Shown: positions 43,986-57,681, numbered from the whole stretch's first letter. The stretch is 62,850 bases of DNA, filler included, from Asterionella formosa (GCA_002256025.1; 22 parts of 22 records of this genome joined end to end with filler, not necessarily neighbours in it); one strand, 5' to 3'. Notes: generated by a model not told the origin, from the letters alone. Made by a program: numbers and translations.

Positions 43986-45609
43986 AAAGCACGAGCCGTC
44001 CCAAAAACAACGCAAGAAAAATCGACGGTACCTGGAGAGAGACTGTTTGTGGACATCAGCGGACCCTACGCGAAATCCGGTATGGGCAATCAGTACTGGG
44101 TCATGGCAGTGGACGACTACACAAGAAAGCTCTGGAGCCATTTCATTAAAAAGAAGAGCGATATCGGAACAGTCATTGAAGCTTTACTATCAAGTTTAGC
44201 CGGAGCCGGTCACAAGACAAAGTATGTCCGTTGCGATGACGCAGGCGAGAATACTAAACAATTGAGAAAGGTATGTGAAAATCGCGGCATAAAAATGGAA
44301 TTTACTGCCCCGCACACTCCACAACACAATGGTGTAGTGGAACGCGGTTTTGTCATTGTGCGACAGAGGGCACTAGCAATGATGCTAAGTGCAAAACTAA
44401 CAGATGAGTACCAAGGGCTATTATGGGCAGAGGCGGTACATACAGCTACACGTTTAACAAATAGTACAGTTAACTCAGTAACTAAAAGAAGTCCCAACGA
44501 CATGTTCTACGGCGAAATGAATCCAAGAAGGCCCTACAAGTTATACAAGCAATTTGGGCGCATAGGATGGGTTACTGCAAGACACAGCATTAAGAAATTA
44601 GACGCACGTTCTTTCAAGTGTGTCTTTTTGGGTTATTCGGAGGACCACTCCCAAGATACGTATCGTATGTATAATCATGAGACTAACACTGTAATCAATA
44701 CACGCGATGTTAAGTGGAGTGAGTGGCATGGAACAAACGCACCTACGGACGGACTAGGAAAAATCTACAAGGACAATGCTAAAGAGAAAGTAACAGTTCA
44801 ACCAGAAGCTGAAGTCAATAATGATGGATTAGATGATGATTTCTACAATGAAGATTTACTACCAGAAGTTTCAGACAACAAGGAAGATGACGACGACAAG
44901 GATAAATCAACCGCAGACACTGAAAAAGGAAAATCTACCTCAAGGAGTGATGAAATTTCTGACCTAGAAAAGAGAAATGTTTTGAAGCAACAGGCAAAGT
45001 TGGAACGAGAAATGAAGAAGTTGGACTCATCGTATAATCCAACTAAAAATGTTAAATTCCCTCCAGACACTTCACTACCAAATGTGATTGAGGAGGAAGC
45101 TTCTTCGAATAAGGAAACTGAAGTAAATTTCGTATTCAATGCAAGTCTTGCATCGGACCCAGGTTTACCAAATAGTTATGATGAGGCTATGGTAAGACCT
45201 GATCGCAAAGAGTGGATGAAAGCTATAAAGAAAGAATTTGAAAACTTCAAAGCAAGAGGAGTATGGAAAATAGTTAAGAGAAATGACGTGAACAAGAGAG
45301 CTCTTAAGACAAGATGGGTCTTCCGTATTAAGGAGGACGTGATAACTGGAAAGACAGTATACAAGGCACGGTTGGTTGTAAAGGGATATGAACAGATCCC
45401 GGGAGTTGATTTTACTGAAACATTTGCTCCTGTTGCAAGTGATGCTACAATAAAAACTGTTCTGGCTGTTACTTTGTACTATGGTTGGATAGCGGAAGCA
45501 ATCGATGTTGAAGCAGCGCTTCTAAATGCTGACGTCGACGAAGACATTTATATTGAGCCCCCAGAAGGATTGACAGGGATCGATAAGAATATACATATCT
45601 GCAAATTAA
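43986..45609 (+). mobile_element. pol: Ty1/Copia pol fragment: intact integrase core plus RT N-terminus
   Basis: LFVDISGP, RCDDAGE, PHTPQHNGVVER, KCVFLGYS, then TRWVFRIK, YKARLVVKGYEQIPGVDFTETFAPV and IDVEAALLNA. The frame is open across the contig. Confidence 0.95.
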
Positions 45610-46241
45610 NNNNNNNNNNNNNNNNNNNNNNNNNNNNNNNNNNNNNNNNNNNNTTAATTAATTAANNNNNNNNNNNNNNNNNNNNNNNNNNNNNNNNNNN
45701 NNNNNNNNNGATTGCCACCTGGCATCCCCTGGAAGGCCCAGTAGCACACATTTTATGCATACTTACTCAGTTTCGACTCACTTACAATGACTCATCCCAT
45801 AATACAGCAAGATATGGATAGTTTCTCCAAAATAGGTTTTAGTGTGCGTGCAATACAAGATGTACCTTGTATTGTGTTTTACTATTTCGCATCCACTTTG
45901 TATTGGGAAACCAGTGAGATCATCAATTCCAATTTAAGGTATGCATACCTTGTTTTGGACATGCCCATAAAAGCTGTACCTTGCTTGATTTGGGCCAAAT
46001 TCAATACAGCCCTTGAATTGAACCCAATAAGAACTTATTTGCAACAAAACCATTACAGTATCAGGATAATCATGATTTAGACCCCATAAAGGTAGCAGCC
46101 CTTGAATTGGACACAGTAACTCATTTGCAAAACCCATTACAATATCAGGATCATCATCATTTCAAGGAGAATAGAAAAAGTCTTAAATAATTTATTCCTT
46201 TACAACTGTTCAAATTTATTTAGCTATTCTAACAAAAAATG

Positions 46242-46541
46242 AATTCATTGTAGATTCCTGCAGCAATATCGAATTTCTGAACATTATGTTTGAATCATCT
46301 GTTGGTTCTCAAGCCCCGCCACCTTTGCCTTAATCGCAATAAATTCATTATAGATTCCTGCAGCAATATCGAATTTCTGAACATGATGTTTGAATCATCT
46401 GTTGGTTCTCAAGCCCCGCCACCTTTGCCTTAATCGCAAAGAAACCATTATAGATTCCTACGGCGATATCGAATTTCTGAACATTAGGTTTGAATCATCT
46501 GTTGGTTCTCAAGTCCCGCCATCTTTGCCTTCATCGCAATT
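46242..46541. repeat. Tandem repeat, exactly 100-bp period, 3 copies
   Basis: TAGATTCCT at 46251, 46351 and 46451. TTTGAATCATCTGTTGGTTCTCAAG is in each unit. Confidence 0.95.
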
Positions 46542-47434
46542 CACCAATCCTCTACCAGCCAAAGGAAATTGTAGTGCTGAGAAAGATGTTGACAACGAAG
46601 CTCATCAATGACAGAAACAATAGCATTATTGAGAAATAGCATGCATAAAGAATACAATAACAAAACCTTGACCAATTGGAATACTTGCATCATTTTGCAT
46701 GAATCAATCGGAGCACTCAACAATTCACCGATCCTTCAATTACATCAAAAGGAGCACTGAGACAGATGGTCTTTCTGAAGCACTCCTGAAAATGAACAGA
46801 ATCACGATGACAGGTGAGAAATAATGCACAAGCAAAAATACATCAAGTCCCAGAAAGTGGCAGGACATACATGCTATGACCATGGCGTGAAATAATTTCA
46901 ATTCCTTACATATGGCACCTTCTCTATGATTGTGCATGGTTGCCGCATATCATGATGAAGGATATGAAATAACTTGGAGGAACTATTTTTGTGATGTCAA
47001 TACCGTTAAGTAGCATTGGCTCGTCGGAAATGTCCCAGTATGCATGCTATACACGCTCAGTACAAAATAATATAATTTGAGCAACAAGATATATGCCAGC
47101 CAATCACATTGAAAATTTTGAAAGAATTCATTACTGGATGATCATATGAAACAAAGAATGACGGTTTTATTTGATCAATTTGGATGACAGACGAAGCCAA
47201 AATTTGAAAAATTTGGAAAGTATACTGCAATACTGAATGATGCATCATATAAATCAAAAAATGACGGCTTTATTTAATCAAGGCCAATATGCATTACTAT
47301 GATTTGTATCTACACTTTACCAGCAATCATGACCNNNNNNNNNNNNNNNNNNNNNNNNNNNNNNNNNNNNNNNNNNNNTTAATTAATTAANNNNNNNNNN
47401 NNNNNNNNNNNNNNNNNNNNNNNNNNNNNNNNNN

Positions 47435-48733
47435 GCTACGCCGGATGTTGCTGAGCATGTCGGCGTTCTTGAACACGGAGATTGTCGACTGCGAGTCGAG
47501 AAGGATCCACTTAGGATCAATCCCAGGGTCGCCGGTCTGTGCAAGCATGTATGCATACTGCGTCAATGTAGTGCCTGAGGTCGTCGATCCCTGCCTGTCA
47601 GGGCATTCTCCCGCATAGTGTCCTAGGCTCTGGCAGTTGTAACAGATGATGCCATCATGTTACACTCCATTATTTCCTGCGATTTCGCCACGTTGCGCAA
47701 ACGTCATTGCACTGGCCTCAGGGCTTCCAGTCGGCTGGGAGCGTGGTGTGTCTGTCCTGATGCTGGTGTTCGTTGGAGTTCTGTAGTTGACGAGAAGGCT
47801 TTGGGCTGACAACAAATCGGTGGGGTACTGATCAATTCCCATTGCATACTGGTTTGACAGGTCAGTGATGAGGGTGCCATACCTGGTGGGGTCAGCACTT
47901 CGAATCAAAGCGATTGCAAGGGTGCGTTCGCGTGCGATCTCCTTTCGCTCTTCAGTGCTACGCCCATTCCCGTCCTGATCCTGGAAGGGTACCAGTTTGT
48001 AATTTGCTGCCACGGTGCCACCATGGTACTCGATGGTCTCAGCCCATCCTCGCAAACACTCGACGTAGTCTTCTGCAGACTGTCCTTGTAACTGACGACA
48101 ATTGAGGAAGCTGGTCTGGGCGTCCAAAAGTGCAATGAAACCATTCCTGCTCTGATCGAACTGTAGAGTAATTGACTTGATCTGTTTTAGAAGCCAAAAA
48201 CAATCGTTGTTGACAGTCTTGTCCTTGTAGTCATCGTGCGTTTTGATCTTTGCCTTCATGTCATCACTACACTGGCCCCAAATCACCGCATACACTGTTG
48301 CTAGGTTGCTCTTCAGGGTATGATTGCGCTTGACATACGTTTTTACTTCTTCTGCGAAAATCATTTTCATGGTCAGTCCTGCATCATCATCTAGGTCATC
48401 TGGCATGTCTACCATGGGAACCGCCATGGTGTCGGCAAACAAAGGGGCAAGGTCTTCAGAGTACTTCAGTGTTTTCCTCACATATCCATCTAGAACTTCT
48501 AACGTTTTGGCGTACTGGCGTCTGTCGCTTTGTTCTTCATAGCATTCAAATATGTTTCCGTTCATGCCCTCTGTGCTGCCCTTAAAAATGCCACGGTTGT
48601 TGCTTGTCGCTTGTGTCCTTGCCCGGCCGCCACGGCTCCCGTGCGGACGGTTGTCCCTTCGCCCTCTCCCACCGGTGCTGCCGCGTCCACTCGCTAAGCT
48701 GCCGCTTGTCGTTGCGTCTGGGGTGGCGCTCAT
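47435..48733 (-). mobile_element. gag: CoDi-like Copia gag plus zinc knuckle and protease start; one in-frame TAA
   Basis: Gag-like YAVIWGQCS...L.NQYAMGIDQYP. After TAA (47660-62) the same frame gives HDGIICYNCQSLGHYAGEC and WILLDSQSTISVF. Confidence 0.88.
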
Positions 48734-49159
48734 GGGGTTCGTTGGTTCCTTGATTGGTGGCTGCGGCCTTCAGCTGCGCTACTCGAATCTATAAAGTGTT
48801 CAAAAAACTTGATTAGATTAAAATGTTGAAACTCCAGCCTTCCATGTGAATGGCTGTTCCTTTTGTTTTATTTTTATCTCGAAACAATGTTGTAACAACT
48901 ACCGTATTCGACCGTATCGTAGGCCTTGAACCTAGTACTGTGTTAATCGAATACAGTTGATGAAATTGATAGCAACGAGGAAGTTGTCAAACTTAAACTT
49001 TCACTTTACTAACTGGATTGTTTCGAGATAATGGTCTCGAAACACTCTTATTACTCACANNNNNNNNNNNNNNNNNNNNNNNNNNNNNNNNNNNNNNNNN
49101 NNNTTAATTAATTAANNNNNNNNNNNNNNNNNNNNNNNNNNNNNNNNNNNNNNNNNNNN

Positions 49160-50784
49160 ACTGAAGGTCCCAGCCACATGCCAAGTGACGCTGCTTCCGC
49201 ATCATTCGGCCGCGACTCTCGGAATAGGCATTCTGAGAACCCAACCAAAAAGCAAAAGGTCAGCTCAACAAGCAGCACCCGTAGGGAGCTCGCTGGTGTG
49301 GTGACTCACTGTAAAGTGGGCTACAAGGTTGGAAAGGCACTAGTCATACAGCATCCTAACGACTTTAAGGTCACAGCTCGTCTGGAAGTGGATTCCAGAG
49401 CCGACACATGTTGTTTTGGGAAAACATTCCGCCTACTAGAGCAAAGCGATCGAGTGGCAGATGTTCAGGGCTTCTCTGGGGAGCTCGGATCTTTTTCAGA
49501 TGTTCCAATTGACCTAACAGGGGTACAGGAAACCATCATTGGTGTCTGGAACGAAGGCCTTTACTTTGGCAAGCGTTTAGACGATTCACTCCTCAACCCT
49601 AATCAGTGTCGAGCATATGGTATTGTAGTCGACACCTGCCCCAAGCAATATTCCCAAGGAAAGTCTTTGCACGGAATTTACGTTCCAGAACAAGACCTTT
49701 TCTTCCCATTCAAGATGCATGGATGCATCAGCTATCTCACTACTCGCTTCCCTACCGATGATGAATTAGTCAACTGTCGGCACGTCACATTTACTTCCGA
49801 CGAAGCATGGGACCCTTATTCGCAGTCCTTTGCCAACCTCGAGAAGGTTTATGAAAATGTTGCTCGTGGAGATACAACTGGGGAGTTTTTTAGCACACAT
49901 GGCGACATTGTGCACTGTGTTGGAGCCACTTCCAGCACAGATCGCCGCTCAACTGTGGATGCAGCCACACTGGCCCGACGATGGGGGACAAGTTTGGCAA
50001 CTGCAGCGAGTACCCTGCAGGCATCTACAACAAGAGCAGTACGGTTTTACCCACAAATGGAAGAGCTCTCCCGCCGGTTTCGTACGCGTCAAGGACAGTT
50101 ACGATACCCTCACCTTCGTACTAGGTGGTATACTGATACCATGTTTCCCAAGGACAAGGTGAAGTTGGTGAGGGGACACACATGTGCACAACTTTTCTGT
50201 AATGATCAGTGTTGGGCCAAGGTGTATCCAATGCGCTCTGAGGCAGACTGTGGGGATAGATTCAATGAAGCCATCCGGCAATATGGAATTCCAGAACTAG
50301 GTATCCACTCAGACAATGCAGCTGCGGAAACGGGGGACTTCACAGAGTTCGAGAGAGTCCGGAAGATCCACTTAGTTCCTCGCACAACAACAGAGCCTCA
50401 CAGCCCCTGGATGAACAGAGCTGAGAGCGAGATTGGACAATTCAAGACGCATTGGCGTCGTATCATGAATAGGTACAGATGTCCAGACATGCTATGGTGT
50501 TTTGCAGCGGAATATACCTCCAACATCCGTGAGCTCATGTCTAGACCTGCACTTGAGGGTCGATCTCCATATGAAGTAATGACAGGTGAGACTCCTGATA
50601 TTTCGGAGTATACAGATTTCGATTTCTATCAGTTTGTGATTTTCTATGATCCCAATGATATGGACGAGAGTGGCCTGGCCCGACGGAAACTTGGGAGATG
50701 GCTCGGCCCCTCCAAGAGCGTTGGGCAAGCTTTATGTTACTATGTACTTAAGGCGAATGGGCGGTACATCGCTCGGTCGACTGT
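49160..50784 (+). mobile_element. pol: CoDi-like Copia pol fragment: protease plus integrase
   Basis: LEVDSRADTCC, SLLNPNQCR, LARRWG, YTDTMF, IHSDNA, TEPHSPWMNRAE, GETPDISEY and GRWLGP. The frame is open across the contig. Confidence 0.9.
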
Positions 50785-51477
50785 NNNNNNNNNNNNNNNN
50801 NNNNNNNNNNNNNNNNNNNNNNNNNNNNTTAATTAATTAANNNNNNNNNNNNNNNNNNNNNNNNNNNNNNNNNNNNNNNNNNNNATTGGGTTCCTTTGGA
50901 TAATTGCCAATTCGCTTTTTCTTTGTGAACTCATTTTGGTACTTGCTTCTTTGTTCCATACTGGCAGTATTTACCAAATGTCACTTGTTTCCAAAAACCT
51001 CTTTATGATTTTTTGAAGGCATTGTACTACTAGATAACTGTTGTCATTTTCAAAAGTTTGATGATCTTAAAATCAGGTGTTGCTACAATGATTTCAAGTG
51101 GGTCTGGCCTTGGCAAGGAGGTGGTGCTAGCAAGATTTGTGGGACCTGTATGATGAGCACCATCACCCTGATAATGCCACGTTGGCTTTTACCAATGCCA
51201 GTGGTTCCATTATGGAAGATGAGTGGGAAGTTAGGATGGAAGATTTGTTTGCATCATCAGCAGAAATTGAATGTCTACAAGGTGCTGTGGTGCAAGTATT
51301 TGTTACTTTGATTCCTTTGGACGATCAAGTGGATGTTCATCTTGGTTGTTCTAAATTTTCAGCATAAGGCATTTCACTTATTCTATATAAATAATGACCA
51401 CAATAATAAGCATGTCAATGCTACTGCGAATGAACGTGTGTGTTCTGATCAGTATACATGATTATGACCATAATCAA

Positions 51478-52509
51478 TGTTAAAGTATAACCTTTTTGTA
51501 TAGATCTATATCGTTAGACAAAGAAGACTATAGATAGAGACGTTCGTTTCTCTCTCAGTTTATATATTCTTATTGTGAGTTTACTAATCTAGTCTAGGTT
51601 GTTCTGTTTGAACAAACGAACTATTCTCCAAATGCTGTTTGCATTTCTAGAAACATACAATCATAGATAAACCCATGTCTATCTCACACTTACTGATCAT
51701 AGGTATTTAACCATGATCATTCATTTTCAAACTATCGGTCTTCCGAAATAGCTTTTATTGTCCGGCTCATTATAGTCGCAGTAACAAGGTATAATGTGTG
51801 GTTGATGAGAGCTTGGTACATCAAAGTGGACTCATTCGAATCGTTTGACTCGTTTGACTCCGAGTCCTAACTACGTAGATGAGCTCACTTTAACACTCTC
51901 CTTGTTCCAACAATCCATCATCCCATTTTGGATCGCGTATCCGTGCATGTTCATTATCTTGTCCGTGACATTTTTAGTTAGGACATCTGCAGGATTCTTT
52001 TCCGTATTGACGTAGTCAACCTTAATCGTTCCGTTTTCGACTTGTTCTCGTACATAGTGGTATCTTACATCGATGTGTTTTGTACGTGCCCCGACCTGAT
52101 GATTTTTCGTTAAATAAATCGCGCCGGTATTGTCCTCACCCATTAGGCTAGGCATCACGATAGTGGTTATTTCTCCCAGTAGATTCGTTCCGAAGACAGT
52201 TTCCTTTGAGCCGTTACTGAATGAGTGCAACATATTCAAACTCGGTGCTTGATTGCGTTACGATATCCTGTCCTTTTGATATCCAGTGAGTTAGGGCGCA
52301 CCCTTCAATCGTGCCTAAATAACCGCTGACACTCTTTCGTGTACCGGTATCAGGATTAGAGGCGAAGGGGCTATCCACGACATCTTGAATACGTAGCTCG
52401 TTGGGAGCACGTAGTTTCAATCTGCATGCAATGTCCCCATGTAGACACAAATACCCGAGTAGGCGTTCCAATGCTTGCCAGTGCGTTTCGCCTGGGTTGT
52501 CGAGGTGCT
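51478..52509 (-). mobile_element. pol: Ty1/Copia 3' end (RNase H, PPT, 418-bp LTR at 51478-51895); allelic copy of 30163-31198
   Basis: Near-identical reverse complement of the 30163-31791 contig, including the frameshift and the flank. Confidence 0.92.
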
Positions 52510-52611
52510 NNNNNNNNNNNNNNNNNNNNNNNNNNNNNNNNNNNNNNNNNNNNTTAATTAATTAANNNNNNNNNNNNNNNNNNNNNNNNNNNNNNNNNNN
52601 NNNNNNNNNTG

Positions 52612-52920
52612 AGTCGATTTCGTCCCAATATTGTTATCAAAGGATCACAGCCCTTTGAAGAGGACACATGGAAATTAATTCAAATCGGAGATACCATCTT
52701 GCATCTAGTTAAGGAATGTCCAAGGTGTAAACAATCTTGTACAGATCAAGAGACTGGCAAGGTATCAGATGAACCAGTAGCAACATTGGGGGAATTTAGG
52801 GCTTTGGGTAAGGTACCGGGAGATGTTTATTTTGCTCAAAATGCCGTTATTTACGGAAAATCATTGTCAGTGGGGACAGCTGTCAAAGTGATGAAACGGG
52901 GAGATCCAGTTTGGGAGTAA
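52612..52920 (+). CDS. MOSC-domain protein (mARC/YcbX-like), C-terminal part (5'-partial)
   Basis: SRFRPNIVIKGSQPFEEDTWKLIQIG...KECPRCKQSCTDQETG...EPVATL..FR...VYFAQN, read in frame from the contig start. Confidence 0.9.
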   Translation, partial: SRFRPNIVIKGSQPFEEDTWKLIQIGDTILHLVKECPRCKQSCTDQETGKVSDEPVATLGEFRALGKVPGDVYFAQNAVIYGKSLSVGTAVKVMKRGDPVWE

Positions 52921-53223
52921 TAGTAGCATGTCCTATTATCATAACGCTTCCATCGTGTTTGGACATTCACTAGCAACTTTGCACCAAGGACTTGGTTGAG
53001 GATATGGCAAGTTTCCAATGTCTTCAAACAAATGGCATGTCGTTTTTGCAGTCCATCACGAAATGTGCTAATATGTAATACTACCGGAATTGGTTCCTTG
53101 CATTCCTCCAGACTAGCTATACGGTTAGAATATGCACAGGACAATCATGGTGATATTGTGAATGAATATTTTATTTTCTAACTGTTACGATAGCATCCCT
53201 GCATACATATTTTTGTTGTTTTT

Positions 53224-54231
53224 CTAAGCAGCGTGAGCACCAATTGTATCAAGTGTCACTTCCCGAGACCTTCGGTCGCCGTCGGAAAACTTGGATCGGT
53301 ATGATTTCTTGGTCAATTCAGAAGCATTATTAGACAGTCTCCTGGTTCCATCAGCATCACGTGTACTTGGCCTTGTCCGACTGGGCTTGGTGTTGTCTGA
53401 TCTTGGATTGTAAATGTTACTGGCCTTTGGATCATCACTTACTGCCCTGTAAAAGGAAAGCGTCTCTGGGTCTAGAGTACTCTTTAAGCTCTCCACGGAT
53501 TCCAATGGATGTGGGCTTTCAGATGATTCTTCTCCTGCGCGTTCATAGGGGTCGCGCCTTCTGTGCTGAACGGGTACATAGTCACATGATTTGCGGCGCG
53601 TCCCCTTTTGATGGTGAACGTCTTGAGACTTATCAATGTACCTAGTGGGACTCTCGCACGATCGTCCACGTCGTCTGAGCTCCTCCGTCAAAGTTTCGCT
53701 TGCCCTCCCTCTTTTATCCAATTCATTTCTAGACGCCCGCCGGATACGTTCGGTCTTGCCCGAATGGCGACGGCTGTTGTGGTTCGATTGGCTTGATGAT
53801 TGAGAATCACGCGATAAACTTGATTTTCGTGAAGAAAGCGATTCCACAGATCGAATCGATCTATTTTTCTGAAAGCTATCCATTCGTGATCTGAAAGTCT
53901 TGATCTGATTTCTTCCTGTCTGCACTCCTTCGTATTTTTCTCGCAGTTCGTCAATTTCCACACGAAGATCCTGAATGGTCTGACCTTGTAACACAACTGT
54001 ACTTTCCAGAGTCTCGATGGCTGCCTCGCGTTGTCGCAGCTTCAACTTGATTTCTTCTGCCATTGCGAGATTTTCATCTTGCAAGAATTCCAACTGCCTC
54101 ATGAGGTCCTGTTCGATGCTGGTTTGGATTGCACTTGGTCTCCTTCCCCAGCGACGCGTACCTCCCAGATTCTTGAGGGAATCGGACAAGGAGGATCTCC
54201 ACTTGTTCTGAGCGCTACTAGGATCATCCAG
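53224..54231 (-). CDS. Hypothetical coiled-coil, Arg/Ser-rich protein (5'-partial), convergent with the MOSC gene
   Basis: The frame is open from the contig end for more than 330 codons. It has a heptad segment LMRQLEFLQDENL...IQDLRVEIDELREK. Confidence 0.7.
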   Translation of the reverse strand: MDDPSSAQNKWRSSLSDSLKNLGGTRRWGRRPSAIQTSIEQDLMRQLEFLQDENLAMAEEIKLKLRQREAAIETLESTVVLQGQTIQDLRVEIDELREKYEGVQTGRNQIKTFRSRMDSFQKNRSIRSVESLSSRKSSLSRDSQSSSQSNHNSRRHSGKTERIRRASRNELDKRGRASETLTEELRRRGRSCESPTRYIDKSQDVHHQKGTRRKSCDYVPVQHRRRDPYERAGEESSESPHPLESVESLKSTLDPETLSFYRAVSDDPKASNIYNPRSDNTKPSRTRPSTRDADGTRRLSNNASELTKKSYRSKFSDGDRRSREVTLDTIGAHAA

Positions 54232-54594
54232 ACNNNNNNNNNNNNNNNNNNNNNNNNNNNNNNNNNNNNNNNNNNNNTTAATTAATTAANNNNNNNNNNN
54301 NNNNNNNNNNNNNNNNNNNNNNNNNNNNNNNNNCCAATCCTGTTGGAAGCAGTCGCAATCAAATCCAAACTCAAGCGCAGCAGTTGAATGGTGGCTGCCG
54401 CTAAAGCTCCCAACACGGGAGGATCAGGAGCGGACATGCTGCTCTATAGAAGGGCGGGGCTGGGCGTGTCTTTGATGATGAGATTGCAATGGGTCAGCTA
54501 CCGTATTGTGTAATGTCGGACTCTAGTTTAATATGATTCCATGGTCATATCGATCAACCAAGAATCTGGATTCTTTCGTCATGAAAGATCCTAC

Positions 54595-55090
54595 CTGATG
54601 TTAGGTACCTGGTACCAGGTACCGGGCACCAGGTAGAGCTGCCAATAAGTATCCGGAGATATTTTTACGTACCGGTGCTCCGGAGTAGTAAATAAAAAAG
54701 GTAGAAAAACATCCTCATGTACATAAAAGCAACAACAAAAATCCATGAACATCTCTTGTGTTCTTCATTGATCGATGGAATATCTATAGAAGCACATAGA
54801 GGAAGACTTATTTAGAGCCCATGAATACATTGCAACAGCTTCCTGTGGCGTTATTACGCACAAGTTCAAATACATATACCGGTACATATATAGACGTGCA
54901 TGTGTATTAAAAAACGCAGGCAACAATACACATGTAGGTGCCAGGCACTACTACCTGGTACCGGTATGAATAATACAAAGTACCTGGGACCAGGTACCAG
55001 GGTACTAGCTACAGAGCATATGAAATAAGGTCGAAGGGCTACTGACCAGTACCAGTACCTGGTGAGGTACTAGGTACGAGGTCCCTACCG
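54595..55090. repeat. Clusters of GGTACC/CCWGGTA palindromic motifs
   Basis: AGGTACCTGGTACCAGGTACCGGGCACCAGGTAG (54603-54636), and TACCTGGTACCGGTA and CCAGGTACCAGGGTAC (54950-55085). Confidence 0.7.
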
Positions 55091-55299
55091 ACATTGCTAT
55101 TAGTATACCGTTTTTTCAATTGTCGAACAGTGAAGTACGGTACCTGTATTCCAATATGGAAGCGCTGTGTACTGCTAGCAAAGCAGTATTTTTATTCGCA
55201 CAAAAATGGGATTTTTTTGACCCTCCAAGCATGCTGCAGGCAATAATGGCAGCTACTTTGGTGGTTTGGTTTTATCATGGTTATCTACTTTTATCATCC

Positions 55300-55957
55300 A
55301 TCTCTAGTATGATAGTCCTGCCCATTGCTTTACCAACCACAATCTCATTCCAGTAATGCCTAGTATACAGTTTTAGAAATAGGATTGCTTCAAGCACAGC
55401 TGCTGGTGGTGATGTGCATTGCTTGACTTCCTCAAACAAGTAAGAATGTGTTTGGCAATGGACAAAAGCCTTTCATAACAACTTACAGAATTAGCAATGA
55501 GGAGTTCAAGAAAGTTTTAATTCTCATTGATGGATTGAACAGCATACTTTTAATTCTCATTGATGGATTGAACAGCATACTTGCAACATTTAATCCTCTT
55601 CTGTATCAAATCTTTATAGTTTTGTCACTACTCTGAAGGAACAGCCCCACATGAATTTTCAAGACATGATCATTCTTCAGAGTAATCATCACTCATAGCA
55701 GTGGCAGGTGCAGCATACGCCTTCCTAAATTTAGCAACATTAGTATTGCTCTCTTCAGCATTCAGCTCCTCATCTTTCATTATCTTGTTCATTACCACAA
55801 ACTCAAACAGTTTGTCATGCACAATTTGTACATTAATGGCTAGGTAATTTTTAAACTTGGGAAAGTTTTCAAGCACAAGATCAAAAAATTTACAGACTTG
55901 CAGGGATGTGATTTCTTCTCTCTGGAGTGCTACTGTCGTGACTTGACTGAACTTTAT
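55300..55957 (-). mobile_element. Degraded hAT-like transposase C-terminus
   Basis: YL...IVHD..FE..V.KI...EL..EE, then NSVSCYERLLSIAKHILT..RKSM and, after a shift, VLEAILFLK...YWN...V..AM, resembling the hAT dimerisation region. There is a 33-bp tandem duplication at 55515-55580. Confidence 0.6.
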
Positions 55958-56057
55958 NNNNNNNNNNNNNNNNNNNNNNNNNNNNNNNNNNNNNNNNNNN
56001 NTTAATTAATTAANNNNNNNNNNNNNNNNNNNNNNNNNNNNNNNNNNNNNNNNNNNN

Positions 56058-57681
56058 ATCACAAACATCTTCAGTTATGCCGAAATGGCAGATAGGTACA
56101 GAATTACCTATGACTCTGAGAAAGAAGATGCATTCATTGTTCATTTGCCTGACAAAACAGTTCGATTTGAAAGAATTGGGATGAACTTATATGTTTTCAA
56201 GCCAACTCCAAGAACGAGAGCGGAGAATGCTCAAATGTTAAATACACTTGAAGAAAACAAAACATTTTACACTGAACGTCAATTTCAGAGAGCTAAGCGA
56301 GCTCGTGATCTATTTCATGCCTTGGGTACACCATCAATTAATGATTTCAAGGCAATAATTCGTATGAATACGATCAACAATAATCCAGTGACTACCGATG
56401 ATATCAAAATTGCAGAGAAAATTTTTGGACCTGACATCGGAACACTAAAAGGCAAGACAACTCGTCGCAAGCCGCTGCCAGTCGTGAACGACTACATCGA
56501 GATTCCTAAGGAGCTTATTCAAGCTCAACGCGAAGTGACTCTTTGCATGGACGGAATGAAAGTCAATGGACAATCATTTCTCACAACAATTTCTCGAAAC
56601 ATTATGTATAGGACAGCGCAATGGGTCAAGAATCAGACAGCTGAAGTCTATCGAGATGCTTTGATTCAAGTATTCCGTGTTTATAATACCGGAGGATTTA
56701 AAATTACAACAATCCACTGTGACAACGAGTTTCGACCTTTGATGGAACAAATTTCCAATGAATTTCAAGTCACTATGAACTATGCAAACCCACAAGAACA
56801 TGTTCCCGAAGCGGAGCGAAATAATCGAGTGATTAAAGAACGCGTGCGCGCAGCTTATCATCGATTACCTTTCAAACATTTGCCGCGACTGATGATTAAG
56901 ATTCTAGTGACAGAATCTGCAAGGAAACTGAATTTCTTTCCGGCAAAGAACGGGATATCCCCGTATTACAGTCCTCGTATGATTTTACATCAACGAAACC
57001 TGGACTATGCTCGACATTGCCAGTATACATTTGGCACTTATGTCCAAGCACATGAAGAACCTGTGTTTTCAAACACAAATGCACCTCGCAGCCTAGATTG
57101 CATTTTTCTACGCTACAATGACAATGTGCAAGGAGGTCATGAATTGTTACACCTACCTACAAATTCATTGATCACTAGACGAACAATTACTCCTCTACCA
57201 CTTACCCCAGCAATCATGAATCAAGTACACGCCCTTGCTGTGCAGGAAAATATGCCAGATGGTCTCAAGATAGCAAATCGAACGGGGCAACTATTTTATG
57301 ATAGTGCTTGGATTGCAGGAGTGGATTATGATAATGAAGCATTTGAAGATGCACAAGATGAAGATTATGAAGATCAAGATGCTAGTGACAACGAAAGCAA
57401 TGATGAAATTCTTGGAGAAGAAGACTATGACGAAATGACTCCGGATGAAATATATGAAGCAGAACAGCTCGAATTAAATGACAATACTCAAGAGGATGAC
57501 CCTGAACCTGACGAGGGCAACAATGAGAATAATATTGAAATGAATTCAGATGAAATCCAAGATGAGGATGAAGAGCCAGCAAATGAAACTGAAAATGAAG
57601 AGGCAATGTTAGAAGTCAATCCAAGCACTCAGGATGACTCAGACCCAAATGTTAGAACTACAAGGTCTGGAAGAGTCTCAA
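56058..57681 (+). mobile_element. pol: CoDi-like Copia integrase fragment with acidic linker
   Basis: AEKIFGPDIGTLKGKTTR, LCMDGM, IHCDNEF, EHVPEAERNNRVIKER, FGTYVQ and TTRSGRVS. The frame is open across the contig. Confidence 0.92.

Noticed and set aside
35348..45609. Stitching adjacent Copia fragments into one full-length element
   Set aside because: They are separate contigs. The integrase core occurs several times in divergent versions, so multiple families are represented.
46242..46541. CRISPR-like array
   Set aside because: Whole units are repeated with no unique spacers, there are no cas genes, and the context is eukaryotic.
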